Assembly (NCBI RefSeq): GCF_963921235.1
Contig: NC_086102.1
Coordinates: 39,246,001-39,310,000 of the forward strand
DNA: 64,000 nucleotides
DNA from: Mobula hypostoma
Lineage: Eukaryota
Reading direction: 5' to 3'
The translations under genes were made by a program, and so were the position numbers. The notes below the pieces were generated by a model. That model had not been told where the DNA came from. It saw only the letters and a list, made by a program, of their open reading frames with translations, and did not search any database. The number at the start of each line of letters is the position of its first letter. Position 1 is the stretch's first letter. Positions 1 to 14,714 of this stretch are shown piece after piece.

Positions 1-3000
1 TACTATCTTGCACCTGGAAGGAGTGAATGGTACATCAAAAACACAAACTATGCAATGAAATTTTTTTTAAGATGGATCCCACCCCCCTCCTCCTCCTCAC
101 ACGCACATATCATTTTCAATAATCAATTGAATTCATGCTTAATGCCAAATTGCCCTTTCCACAAAATCATGATATGTATTGGGAAAATAAAATTCACATA
201 AAATTGATGCTGAATATTCATGTAAAACTGAAGTACAATTGTCAAGTTGATCTGTGTTGCATATCCACCAGGTAGCATAGCTAGGGACTTGTAAACAGAT
301 TGGTTTTTCACTTTAAGAATGATTCATGGGGGGAGAAAGTCGGACAGGCCAGTTTCAACAGTTTAGATCGGTGGTATTGAAATTGCTTCGGTATATTTTG
401 GGGATAGCAATGCATGATGCTTTAAGTAGTGTTTGATTTAAAGACAAAATGTTAAAATCGTTAAATTGGAACCCAACTAATCAGAAGCAGGAAATATACC
501 AATCAATTTTATTGATTGAATTGAATATAATTTTATTTATTTGAGGTAAATTGATAAGGATTTATTAATTTCCCAATTAAGGTTAGAAAATGTTGCCATT
601 GACTTTTCACTTAATTTGCTGTGAACAAATTTATTGAAAAAATAGGATGGAAAATAAACTTAACTGAAGAAAGCTATTTCATTTCTAAGTGCAGAGTATA
701 ACTTCATGCAACCAGTTGATAGAGGTAATGATACATGGAATGATGAAATTCTCCCTTAGCTTCTTACTTTACAGTTAAGTTTTAAAACCAGCTAGGACAC
801 ATTTCTGAAACTGAATGGTATTGTACAATAAAATTTAACGGTTAAAATAGGTGTTTTATTTAGAAACCAATTAATTTAGTAGCAGGCCATATTGTTATTC
901 ATTTGATCCAGCTAAATAAAATTTAATTTCTTTCAGTTTGATAAATATTTAAAAAGTTGCTAATTAAGATGAGATGAGGTTTGTGGTAAATCATAAAATA
1001 TTAGTTACATTTGGAAGTTTTTGCTGATGGTTTTTCCCTTACATGAAAATATTTTATTTCGAATTGCATTGTATGTTAGAATCATAGAATTGTTATAGCA
1101 ATTTCAGGATTTATAGTGGTTCTATAATTCCTTGCATTAGGACTTTAAAACAAGAGACACAATTTTTTCATGTTAAAGAACTAACTTCTCAAAACTAAAG
1201 CAAAATTCCTTAAGCAGATAGAAATAAAATTTTATTTTCAATATATCGTATTTCAGAAGGATTACCAAATTGATGTTTTTATAAGCAAATGCTACTCATC
1301 TTCCTCAGGCAATAGAGCTAAGACTAGATATGTATTAACATACTTGCTAAATTTTCACTGAAGATGCGCAAAAAAGTTTATAAAATGATCTAGACTATAT
1401 GCGACTTTTATTCCTGACCTATGGTTCCTGCATCCGGGGACACATTATTTTCTATATATGCTTTATATGCTGCTTGGATCTCAATTTTCATTACACAGAT
1501 TGAAATCAATATGCACAGATATCTAGCATATTTAGAGTGTTTATCTTTAATGTTTCTTATTCATTTACTTTTAGATCTAGCATCACAGTTATTTATTGCC
1601 CATCCTAATAGTTTCTTACGAAGAAGGTAGAAAACGACCTTCAACGGCTTGCTCTGTCACTTCTGAGTGAGTTTAAAAGTGTACTATATAGGATGGTCCT
1701 GGAGTTAAGGATTGTGCTTTTCTACCCTGATGGATGTTAGTAAACCAGATGAGTTACTATGACACTGATAATGTTCATCATTACTAAGACTAATTATTGT
1801 TTTTCCAAATTCCAGAGTAATCAAATTTTAAATTTTGGCTTTGGCCAATTGTTTAACTTTAAAACTAAATTTTATTGTGTACATGTACACTTGATGAAGC
1901 CAAATAATTTTGATGTACAAATTAACACATGCAAGTATACCTCATTTTAAGCATTAGATTGAGTCATAGTCATAGTAATTTTGTTTAGTTGAATTCATAA
2001 AGCATGATCATGTTTTAAATATCATTGTCAGCTAATATCTAATAATTCTGTGAGAGATATCCAAAAAATTATCTAGGTTTAAACTATACTGATTTGTTAT
2101 ACCCTTGATCTGAAATGTCTTTGGCATTTGGCATTATTTGTTCCTTTATACTGTTTTCTTTGACATTTCATTCTCTGTCTTTTAAATTCTCATATTAGGG
2201 ATGTAACCAAAGTATCAAAAGCTATGCACCATATCCAGATTTTAGTAAGAATCCACATCAAAATAACCCTACAGGCATCTAATATTTATTTATAAGAACT
2301 GTTTAAATCTTGGCATTCATTCCAGCAGTGAAAATGGCAGTATCATTTATACAGATTAATTCATATAGTGTATATTCCCCTTTTCTTTCCTGTTGCGTTT
2401 TATGAAACAAAAGATATTTAAATTAATTGTAGAACTGAATTCTCATTTATAGTAGTATGTCACTAATCCAAATATGTAGAACCACTCTCTCAAGTTATTA
2501 AAAGTATATAATCCTTTTTGATTTGTCTGCTGTGTCTCCTATGCCTAAAAGATATAAATTGTTTTACAATATTATATTTAATTCATAAAACACTACAGAA
2601 CATTGCCACTCTTTTGCTTTCATTGGCTCATTAAAAGACCTTTCCAATTGGTTCCACTTCACTGGTGTCCAAAGCCCTGAATGTTTTATATGTCTATTAA
2701 ATTACTCCTAATGATTAATCTATCGATAAATTGATCTTTTAAAATTTACTTTCCTTTGGCTATTTTGCTAATTATCAAATCTCTGCCCTTTCTAGGTGTT
2801 TTCAAATGTTACTGGAATGAGTTGTTGGTTGTTGTTGGAGGTTTATCTTGGTTGAATACAGTGAGCGCTATATTTGGGAGTTCCGTTTGTCATCTGAAAG
2901 AAGGAAACTGATATTCCACTTTTGTATTATATTTAGATCTGTGTTGAACTTTGGAGAGCTGTCATAAACGTACAGATGCAGTTGTCCTGTCTGAAAGCTG

Positions 3001-4254
3001 TAAGGCACTAAGTGGTTCTTGTGTAAATGATGGATGGCTCTCTAAAGTTAACTAATACATTGCCATCTTTTAAGTGAACCAGCTTGGAGGGATAGGAGAA
3101 ATTCCATAAAGATACATTACTAATCTTACCCAGTGTATCATGATTTTTTTAAAATCCAGTAAAATGCTGGCTTTAAGATATTTGTACAAACATTATCATT
3201 GGGAAATAAGATGTACCTTCCACCCTTCCATCCTATAGATAGAATGTAAGCATAATTTTTCATCATTGCAATCTTTCTATGAAGAAAATAAATACCTCAG
3301 CATCGCTTAGCAATTGCAAGCTTGCTTTGCAAACGCAAAATCTATTCCTGATTAATATGATTGTAGAGTTAGAGATTAGTATTAGTTTTTGGGTGATGTT
3401 CTGTACTTAAAATATTTATGGATTTGGTTTCTCTCTTTAAAGTTAATCTTCATAACTAACAAAAGAAATTATATGTGATTCTATTTGCCAAAGCAAACAC
3501 CGCCTTTTAATCCCTATTAAATTGTGGCCTAAGTTTTAGTATGCCTCATCTCACAGTTTTTAAAATAGTTAAAATTTATATCGTACATTTTTTAAACAAT
3601 GTCAAACTGCTCATTTTCCACTGGCCTTTTGTCAGAGAAATGTTCAATGTTAGGAGGTAGGAGAGGGTTCCACTATATAAAAGGGATTTTCTAAACAATA
3701 AGTGGGGGTGGGGCGGGGGGGAGAATGTTTTATCTGTGTTGTATATTGGATATAGTGTTTGTCATATTCAATAGTTGAGTAAGTTTTTAACTTTTTATTG
3801 TTGATGATAGCAAAGATAAACAACTCAGTATAGACCAAAAATACATCCTGCTCCTTGCACCTGCTTAACTGATCAAAGAATATTTGTGTGGATGTGTGAC
3901 TATGGCATTTGATCTAGGCTTTTGATTTGTGCTTTAGAGTAAAGGACGCTTAACACTTTAACTACCCTTACTTTCATTCTTGCATCCAGTTGGTGGAATG
4001 AGAATCTACGTCAGTTTCCTTACTTATCTCAAAATAACAAACTGGATTATCAACAGGAATTTTAAATCTGTTTAATTCAGGAGTTGCTTTGAATCATCTG
4101 GCGTGATTTAACTAAAATGTGTGGGAAAACAAATATTAGGGGTGTGCAGTAATCTTCATATATGAGAAGTTAGAAATTCCATGTAATTGAATATCTGGTG
4201 ATTGAAGAAATTTTGTCCTTCTAACTTATGCAAACATTTTGGGCTATAATTAAT

Positions 4255-4297
4255 AATACTAACTTTAGCTTTCCAATACTAACTTTAGCTTTCCAAT
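4255..4297. repeat. Perfect 20-bp tandem duplication
   Basis: AATACTAACTTTAGCTTTCC twice, plus AAT. Confidence 0.95.
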
Positions 4298-7200
4298 CTA
4301 CAAATTAAGATTCTGGTTAGTCTTTAAAGAACGATCTACATTTTGAATATTATAATTTACATTTCAACAGCATGAAAACAGTATTTTTGAATGCATACCC
4401 TTAAATATTCACTTTCAGAATTGGCTAGCAATGGTTGCTTGATTATTCTAAATATATTGATATGAAAAGTGCTATGAACAATATATTCCTTTATAACATG
4501 TTTCATATCAATATTTAGAATTATCTTTGAACTGGACGGTACTTCTAAGAGATGATAGCAGTGTTGTCATGCGAGAACTTTTGATCCCTGTGAAGTAAAG
4601 GTACGATTTTAGTATCATAATATAGAACAGGAGTTTAGTATTGATACTAGTGTATAAAATTGGTAAGTGTTTATGTTCACTGTGCATATTACATTGAAAA
4701 TTTAATATTGTACCCAAGATGAACATTGCATTACTCCATACTAAAATTGAGGTGTCAGGTAATAGCAGATGGCTTAGTCATTGTATTCTGCAGAATTGGG
4801 ATGAACAAAAAGTTTGGAGCCCAGCAAACCTCTTCAATAATGTTTACAATTAAACACATTTTTAAAAATCTTTATTCACTTTAAAAATAATCCATAAAAA
4901 TGGCAAAATGCTACTATTTTTCTATATTCAATGAATCTGTAGTATCTCTCATTGAAAGAGGGAGAAGCAAACCGCTGGAATAGTCTTGCCATCCTTTTGC
5001 ATAGCTGAGATACATTTGTTTTTCAGGCTCTCATGTTTGCATTGGAGTTGGGAGAAGTTTTTCTGCAAAATTATATGTCAAAAGATACTTTATAGATTTC
5101 TTTGCTGATTTACAATCTATAATTACCATAAAAATATTTCATAAATTGAATATTTCAACACTTCTCTTTCTCTTCTTCATAAACTTGGAGAATGTTAATT
5201 GTTGCTGAAGATGAATTCCTGATTTTGAAAAGGGAAAATTTCTATTCCTATGTGAACAAGCAGTGGTGTATTTAACTTTGAAAGTCAATTCATTAGCATT
5301 GATATTTGGGAATTCATTATCTGTGGCATCCAGACAATATTCCAAAGCACTTTTTCTTTTTCTGGCTCCTAGCTTTCAAACTTAAAAATTCTAAGTCTCT
5401 TGCTCATCCCTAATAAACTTCAAAAAATATTAGCCAGTTCTACATTACCTATATGAAAAGCCCAATGAAAATGTTGCAGCTGACTCAGATTTAAGGAAGC
5501 TTGTCTATTTTAACTTTATTATGCTTTCTTTGATATGCCCTCTGAGGAAAAATGTTTGATTCATGGCTTGAAATGCTACAGAGGTTGCGTAATCACATAG
5601 TTTTATTTTTTCTTCAGTTTGTCTGTTACTCTTCTGAGTATAATAGGACTTGAAACAAACATCACTATTTAATGCCTATATTTAAACATTTTCTTCAGTT
5701 ACATGGGATTACAGTTTATAATTGAACAAACTTTTCAACAAATTATTTATGCATAATCTAATATAGGCATGTGCGATGATTTTGTGATGATTGCTATCAG
5801 GAGTGGTGCCTTTAAACTCGCTGTTTCCTTTCTTCCCTCCTGTTTTCTACCTAGAAAATCTCAAAGAAAGCAAAATAAAATTGTGAGCTTTAAATTGGTA
5901 TATATACACACAGCTTCATTAATAGTATTAAAATCCATGCTATGAATCAATGAGGATGGTAGGAAAACCAGTTTAGTTGTTCAGTGTTTAAATATTTAAA
6001 ATTCATTGAAGTAGCAATAAACTAAATTAATAATTCTGAAAGTACAGATGGTTGGATACTTTGAATTTTACATACAACGTGAAAATGTTACCAACAAATA
6101 TGAAGGTAGAATTGATTCTCATTTTAGTGACTGGTTATGTAAAGAGCTCAACAGTCTTGGAAAATGATGTAAAGAGAAGTTTTGATACATCCATTTCAGT
6201 TATATCAGAGCATTTGGAACAAAAGTATGCACCAAGTTGTATAGTAAATTAATAAATGAAGGCAATATGAGGAAGAAAATGAAATTCTTTATCAATTTAT
6301 AATACCAGGCAGGTGTGTGCAGTTAACTTCATGTGATCTGACCATTGGTTACAGCCAATTTCTAATTTAGATGAGGACAATCAGTTATTTTTCTGTAATT
6401 ATCAGTTTGATCTGCTACAGAAATTATTGGTTAATATTTTAATGTTGGATTACTAGACCATAATTATTGTTAAAATACAGTAGTTTAACTATTATTGACA
6501 TTAATTACCTGAGGATAGAAATCTTATACTAGATAACATATTAGATATCCACTGATTTTTCATTGGAACACACTTTTAAAATATTGCTGTATAATCTAGT
6601 CAGCAGTTATTAATGTTATAATTGCAGTTCTCCGAGAAGTTTAGGGCATCCAAAATCTGTAGATTCATTAGTTACACAAGGGATTGTTGCATGATGTGTT
6701 GTAGTGGAAAAACAGTTAGTGGGGGGAGAAAAAGAAAATCCTTTTTATGGGGATTAACAGAAGGAAAATTGTATCAAATTCGATATTTGAGTACCATTTT
6801 AAATAGAGGTTCTTGTAAGTTTCACTGCCCACTTAACTGGTATGATTACTTCATTTTTTTTCTCAGTTGCCTAAATGATAGTGTCACCATTTATCCTAGG
6901 TACAGGAGCTATTGTATACCTCATTTCTAACTCGTGACTGAGTATCTCGCTTTAATGTCCCGCCACACCCATCTGATCATGATTTCCTACCCCCTATCCC
7001 TTCTCCCACTCCCTCAGAGTGGCTGAACCTGCCACTAATTATAGTTTTGAAAAAAAAATCTGGCATGTATCAGCACTAGCATGACAAGTGAATAACAGTC
7101 AAAATTGACAGTGTAAGAATAGTTGAGCATTTTTCAATCCCTGAACTTTGTTACCTGCCCATTGATATCTATGCACACTTCTATCCCACTGGAATTTTAG

Positions 7201-9140
7201 CTAAACTGCTCACGTGCTATAATCTATTGTTTTCAGTCACTGTACTCTGTTCCAGGTTGTTTCCACAACAACCTAGGTAAGTCATAGACTAACTCACAAT
7301 TCTCAGCCATGTAAATTGGCTAGATACGAAGGCTGATCACCACTTGACACCTGTCCCATATATGATTAATACCTAATATTCAATAAGCAAAACTCTTGAG
7401 TTTGAGACCCACAGTTTGACTTGATCAGGTGAAAATGGAATATTGATTTAGCTTGTTAAAATTTTCCATTAAAGATTTAAATCAATCAAACATCAATTGT
7501 TTAAGTTTGATCTTTGATTATTGAAGCTTTCAATGATAACAAAGTTCCTGTGTAGATTTCCCAAGACCCAATGTAAATACAAAAAATATATATTTTACAC
7601 TTGTTTACCACAAGTGTAATCCCAAACTTGGTGCATTTGTGTTCATTGGAACTAGAATACGTTTCCCTTGCTTATTCTTTACATTTCTCATTTTGTAATG
7701 GTTCTTGTCCTCAGCTCTGTCCCTCAGTGTTATTTAATTCCAAGTAGACAACTGCACAGAAGTGTTAGTGGGCAAATACTGGCTGTATATCAAAAGACTG
7801 TTCAGTTTTGACAATCTAATATCAAATCAGGTAAAGGGTGATGTTGCCCATCATTTAAAAATACCCTGATGAATAATGATCATTCTGAATGTAAGTGTTA
7901 GTGATGGTCTTTCCTGCCATGCTTAGTGCTTCTGTTACATGACAGCAACCTTACATTGTGCTGATAAAACCAAAGACTTTATTAATGATTGTATGAACTA
8001 ATTTTTAATGTCTTCAGTCCTATACTAATCTTATTTCTAAAGTGTGAATTGCTTACAGTAACTAAAGAACTGCATAAATTAAAGACATCAGCTTCATTCT
8101 TTCTACCAAAAGCAGTAAAGGGCTGCTGAAGGTGGAGCGCCATGTGCTATTTGATTGGTGAAAAGACTGGAGACTCCTGTGGTAGGATTGGCTCTTCTGA
8201 GGGGCATTTATCCCTATGGGCTGGGTAATCTGGATTTATACACATTGAGGTGCTCTTCAGAACTGACTGTAACTAGCCGGATGCTGCCAATTGATTTTGA
8301 GAAAGAAAAATAAAGAGTAAAAAAGATGTAGCTTGCGTATAAAGGTTTCATCTCCTTTTCATTATTACCACTGTGCAACTATGCATTGTATTCCTCAACC
8401 TTGTGCTAGAGACTCTACTTTTTTGTGTAGAGAAAGGTTTTTTTATGTTGTGAGATTTCTTTTGAGTACTAATTTGGGGTTGTAGGATCATACAAGCTCT
8501 ATCCCAAAGCAAAATACAAATGTTAACATGCGCCTAATGCAGATACCAAAGATTTGTTTCTTCTTTGCAACCTTAAAATTGTGTATTAAATGCAATTACC
8601 CAGCAGGCATTAGTCTAACCTCAGTAATTCCAAAGCTTAGATGTATATTTTGGTATATTTCTGGGATAAAATTGTTTTGTTTTTTGGTTGTCAAATCCTT
8701 GTTTGTTCAGTGTATTGCTCTATAAGTCATGGCATGAAATGATAAATTGTCTTTCTTGGTAGCTTAAGATATAGTATTTTTGTATGTTTTGGGTGTGTTT
8801 TGTGTGTGAGAACATAACTGTTTTTCACTGCCTAGTTGTTCATAGTTTTAAAATTGTACATATTATCCAATTTTGGACGTCCGCAGGCTTATATTCTTTA
8901 GATGTGTTATTTATTGGGAGGTTTTTAAAGAAGTTTTTTCAATAGGCAGTATTCCTTCGATATTAAAATGTATATCTACATAATATCTTTGAAAGTTAAA
9001 AAGCAGTTTTAACAAAATTACAGCTTGTTCACAAAATAATTTGGCATTTTTGTATGTAAAAAGAAGTGGGACTCCTAAAATTTCCATTTGGAATAATTTA
9101 AGTTATGGTTTATACATGCGTACTGTTCATGTGTATTAAA

Positions 9141-9146
9141 AATAAA
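9141..9146 (+). terminator. Candidate plus-strand polyadenylation signal (AATAAA)
   Basis: AATAAA ends a TG/T-rich, 3'-UTR-like tract (about 8700-9140) and is followed by a GT-rich stretch; several other AATAAA hexamers lie nearby. Confidence 0.25.
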
Positions 9147-12100
9147 ATCCTGGTAAATAGGGGAATGCATTTTGTCTGTTCCAGCATGGTTTTGCTCCTT
9201 TTCTTCTCCTTTCCAAATTTTTGGGGTTTCTACTGCCACTGAGTCTCCTTTGAAGAAGTTATACTATTATTTGTTGTGTATATTGTTCAATAGATGCCAA
9301 GTAGATAGTCCGAATTAATTTATGATTCAATAATTCCAAGAGACCACATCATTGATATTTACATTCCACTGGAATGCACCTGATGATTCTATCCAATCAC
9401 AATTGAGATTGATTAAATAAAGAATTGTTGGAAATAAAACTAGCTGAAAATGATATGTAGATATATTTTTGTTGCTCTTTTACATGGATTCAATGTACAA
9501 ATTCGGTTAATGACCTAAGGAATACTGTTGTGAATTAGTAAATTTAATGATTTGTTCATTATGTCTGAATGAAGATGTGTAACAACTCATCAAGTGTAAC
9601 AATATGATTTTTAGCTGCATTGAACTATTCCCACATGTGCATGGTTGTATTTCTTGTATGATAAGATTGCAGCACAGGTAACCTGCGGACGTCCCTGTAT
9701 CCAGTGCACCTTAATGCAGTACTGCAGTTGAGTGTGTTCGCATATACTACACCGAAGATTTTTTATGTATAAATATCCCTACATAAATTGTCAGACCTTT
9801 ACCAGTGCAAATGTTGCAAAAAATAGCAAATGTATAGAGATAGCTTCTTACTGTTGAGGATTTTTTAGCTTTAAATTGTCTGCAGTCATTCCTTAAAAAT
9901 GTCCTGGGATTGCTTTCTTTACATGAGTTGCCTGTAATGCTTTTACGTTTTTTACTGGTTGTTATTACTACTTGGTAGGGCTGGAATAACCAGACCTGTT
10001 GAAAATAGCCCTAAACTTCAATTCATTATGTGCAACGTAATGTTGAATGAAACTTCTAAAAACAACATTGTATCTGGCACAAGACACAATTCACATAAAT
10101 ATGAACATTTCAACAATAAAAATAAAAACTATAGCTATAAAGATAGTTAAAATTGGTAATATTTTTGAATGACCTTTAAATCAGTTCAGTATGTGAATGC
10201 CAAATATGTAAACAGTTGTGGTATAAACACATTATTTATCAGACTGCTTCTTTCATCAAAATTGCCCTTTTCTGAAATGTTAAAAAGATTTTGAAAAAAA
10301 TATGCAAACATTAGAATTTATAATTGTCAAATATTGCAAGATCAATTTTTCACAAAGGATGATTACATTATTGCATTCCAGTTTTCCAGATGTATTAATT
10401 TTTGTCATTGACCAATACTATTTACAAGTGTCTTATGATTACAGATTAATTACTCTTACTGCAGTTGGTATCTTTTTGGACTAGTCTATTGGTAATAAAG
10501 ACAACTACTTTCTTCTGGGTGAAAGGTGTAAAGCTTTTACAAACTCCAAAACATGATCTTTGATTGAAAACATTTAGTCTTGATGATCTACAGTTGATAT
10601 TTGCAACTATTGTTACATCTAATTAAACTGCTGTCTTAGATTCTAAATAAATGAGCCAACCGTTTAAGAATTCTTCAAGGTGTCTGAAAGTGCTGGCAGA
10701 GTACTGGCCAATTTAAACTTAGTGGATTTTAATTAATGCTTATTGGAGACTCAGTTTAATTATTTACACTTGATAAATAATTAAGTCATTTAGGGAAGGT
10801 TATGGAAAGTGAATGGCAACGAATTAATAAAATAATGTACCAAGCGAGTATTTTCTATAACATTTGCTTCCACTTACCGAATCTGCTTGTGAGGTTTTGT
10901 ATTACGGCTTAATTTATAGACCCCAATTCCAAATCTGGTTCCTTTTTTTAAAAAGGAGGATTGTAATTAAAACGAAGGGCTCACATTTTTTTTTTTAAAT
11001 GATCCATAATAGTCATCCTGATAGATTTGGCTTCATAAATTATTCCAATTTTAGTATATTTTGGGGTAAATATTTAATTTGACTCGGCATTAACATTCTT
11101 TGGGAAGTACAGGTCAAATTGGAAATGCACCTAATTCTCATTCATTCATGTTAATCTGGTTCTTTCAGATTCTGGAGCAGTCTGCCTCATTGAATATCTG
11201 ATACTATTATGCTAAAATGCTTGACCCCTGCACTTCTTATTATTAAACTAACCCACAGATCTAACTATATCCCCATTCATTTTAAAGTAATAGTTAGTGA
11301 TTTTTAAACGTATCTCAGAAGAAAAGCAGTGTATATTAAATGATGACAAATATATATGGATCCCAAGAAAATTTTGGACTACTAATATTTAGCAGATCTG
11401 ACATAACACTAATAACTAGCAAATTAAATTTGTTGAAGCATTCCAAATTTGCACGAGTAATTAAAAGATTAATTGCGAGATAGCATCTTTACAGCTAAAT
11501 AATTGAGCACACCAATCTATAGGTGCAAAACTAGCAGTAATGCCAAGTATAAATTAAGTTGCAATTATCTGTTTTGATGGTAACCAATTTAAAATGACTG
11601 ATTCAAAATGTTTGGTGGAGGCAGTTTATAAAATATTCTAAAAAGAGCAAATATAAAAAAGGAAAAATCTTGCAGCCATTTTACTCTTGTTATCTTAATG
11701 AGTTGTAGTCATCAAGGTCCCGACAAATTTCTCTTTTAAAAATTAGTTTGTAATAAGATTCAGAATTGTTGCATCACAAAATGGTGTATCTTGCATTACT
11801 ATTACTTCAGTTTCAGTTTATTATCAGCATTTGCTGGCACTTAATAAATGAATAACGTAGCTTCTTTGTAGAGCAGCAGTGAAGAAATTTAAAATTGATT
11901 TAGCCCTTGAGATTAGAAATTTGAATGACATTCTGGTGAGCATAAAGTAATTCCAGTAACAAACTAGTATGAATGCACATTTTATTGTATTGTACATTGA
12001 CACATTGCAACAGGCATTATTATGAAGCATTGATTTGCATATTGTTGTGTACTGGTTATAACCATATTAACTTACAATGTACAGTATCACTTCAGCTCAA

Positions 12101-14708
12101 GATAAACTTGAGTTAAAAAGATTAATCTTTGGGAAATTGTAAGGACTAAATTGTCAGGATATTAAATTTTACGCTTTGACAAATTTAGTTATTTGATGTC
12201 ATTTGGTGTTTTTTTTATTTCTGGTGCTAAACATTCTGTTAAGTGTTAGCACTTTTCATCAGTGACATTCATAGATATGTGACCATGCATTTGTAGATCT
12301 TCTCAGTTGTGTCCTATAAATTGTATACTCATTCTCTAACTCATTTTCATAATTTTAACTGGAACCACTGAATTGAATCTCAATGCTAGGGGTAGGGGGC
12401 ACAGGGTTGGTGGTGCTTAAGTCTACTACTGATGACTTTGGAAAATAATTTTGCAAAGAAAATAATTAGGACTTCTGAGAGAGAAATTATTCCTTAGGAG
12501 GTCTACCCTGAATAATTGCTTATTTAATATCAGTGTTTTGGAATCAGTGTAAACACTGAAGCAGTTATTGTCTTTTGTCAGAAAAATGATGTTTCCTCCT
12601 ACACTTAAAACTTGAGGCATAACATTAATAAAGTATCTATTTGTGGAATTTAATTAAAATCAGTATCTCGTGAATGGAAATATAAATATAGTTGTTTATG
12701 GTAAATAGTATTAAAAGTTGGACAAATAACTTAGTTGGAAATTGAAGATGGTGAAATATCTTTATACTTAAAAGAACAAAATGTTGGTTTCATATCTACC
12801 GTAGTAAAACTTGCCAAATTTAAATAGGAATCAATAAGATGTTGTAGAGGTTTACCTTTTAGTTTATGAATTTGATTCTCATCTCTTTTTTCCAATCAAT
12901 AAACTAAATATATGCAGATTGAGAGTGAACCTGATTCCCTAAAATCAAATACTTAGGCTTCCTTTATTTAGGAAACTGATTCATCAAATGTGCATAAATA
13001 GATAAATCATAAGTTAATATATAGGTAGAACAGGGACTAGCTACTTGTGTCATGATCTTTGACGAGCCAGAATTTAAACTATTCTAAATTGTCAGGTGGC
13101 AACTATAACTAAACACAATTTTTCAATGGGTTTCAATCAAGATGTGACAACTGCATTTCTTGAATTTAAACTTTTAAAGAAAATTTGATTTAGGTGATTA
13201 CACATATAATTTTGTATGATGCTTCCTGGTTTAGAACCATGTTAAATGGCTACTGTTCTGGTCTGCTGTACATTGGATATATATTTGTGCTTTAAGTGTT
13301 AATTTATTTCCCACCCCTTTAACTTAAAAATATCTATACAAACTAAGTCCTATTTTTCTAATTTATTATGAAACCAGCTACACAGCGATAAATATTCTTG
13401 ATAGTTAAGATTTGCTCAGTTGTATTAGAAATACACATTTAACAATATTGCTCTGTCTGCATTAAGGTACTCTTAAGTTTTAAAATTTCCTTTTCAAAAT
13501 CAGTTCTTGTCCGTAGTACTCATTGCAGATAAAGTGGTTCTCAACAACTGCCGTTTAAAAAATAATTCCATTTCAGCTAGATTTTTTTGTATTGTAATGT
13601 GGTCATTTTATCTAATCATTTTGTAATCATTTTTGTAATGGCGTCTTGGTTCATTAAAAATCTGACTTAAAATACCATTGGGAAAACCTAGTTATTTTCT
13701 GTTCCCCTTTGTACAGTTTATTCTTTTGAAGTAGATAACCATTGAGTACTTGAACATTTTGGTGGTTAATCATTTATATTTTCATTGTATATAATTGTAA
13801 AACAATTGAACAATATCTGAACCCAATTATTAAACTAATGGTTGATTGGATACTACATGTATCATGTAGATGATTTGTAATACTTCTTATCATGGTGTCT
13901 AATTATCACCATTCATAATAAATACTCAAGCACGCGCATGGGGTCTTGATAGTGACGTATTTCTCAAAGAACAGGTAAGCAAACATGACTGTTCTTTTAA
14001 GTAGAAACCTTTAGAAGATCTGAATGTGGTTAAGATGCAAATTCTACATTGAAACTTGGCTGTAAAGTCTGCTGCATTACAGGGCTGATTCCAGTGTTCT
14101 GAAAAATTGTATGGTTTTCTAAAAGTTTGGCACTGCAAGTAGTTAAATGCAATTGATTGTAAGCAATATTTTGTATACTTAGATCATGCTACTATTAAGT
14201 AAACACTAAAGATTAGCTTTATTTGTTACATGCTCATTGAAACATACAGTGAACTTGTATCTAGTTCATTTAGTAGAATATTATTTTGTTTGCCGTCAAA
14301 CATTGAAATATTCATGAATACTTCTGTACATCGTGGTGATTCATTGAATTATTAGCATGAGTTTAATATTGCAGTTGCAAAATGCTAACAAATAACTTTA
14401 CCTTTTTTTGCCATAAAAAAGGTTAATGCTTATGCCTCATTATATGAAGATAATTTATTTTGAGCAGTAACCCACTCTATTTCCAATACCTCTTTATTAA
14501 GGTACCCCTGGAAAGGCCAAATGGCAAAGTGAACTTAACTTTAATTCTACGAGCCAAGCTGAGCTGCCTCAAACCATTAAAAAATATTAAGATTAAATTG
14601 TTCTTGAATTTTTATATAATTATGTCAATTAATTGCAAAAACTAGAGTTTGTTGCTTATGGAGGTTCTCTAAGTGCACTTGAAAAGAATGTAAACATTCA
14701 GGTCTGTC

Positions 14709-14714
14709 TTTATT
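14709..14714 (-). terminator. Candidate CD247 polyadenylation signal (AATAAA), implying a 3' UTR of about 1.7 kb
   Basis: TTTATT on plus = AATAAA on minus, followed on minus by gacagacctgaatgtttacattcttttc. It sits where the base skew appears by eye to switch. Another minus-strand AATAAA is at 15245-15250. Confidence 0.4.

Noticed and set aside
318-366. Possible plus-strand terminal exon MIHGGRKSDRPVSTV*
   Set aside because: No recognisable protein match and no supporting upstream exon in the window; acceptor-like motifs are common on a T-rich strand.
11340-11401. C/D snoRNA-like ATGATGA...CTGA (also 740-813)
   Set aside because: No terminal stem and no recognisable rRNA or snRNA guide.
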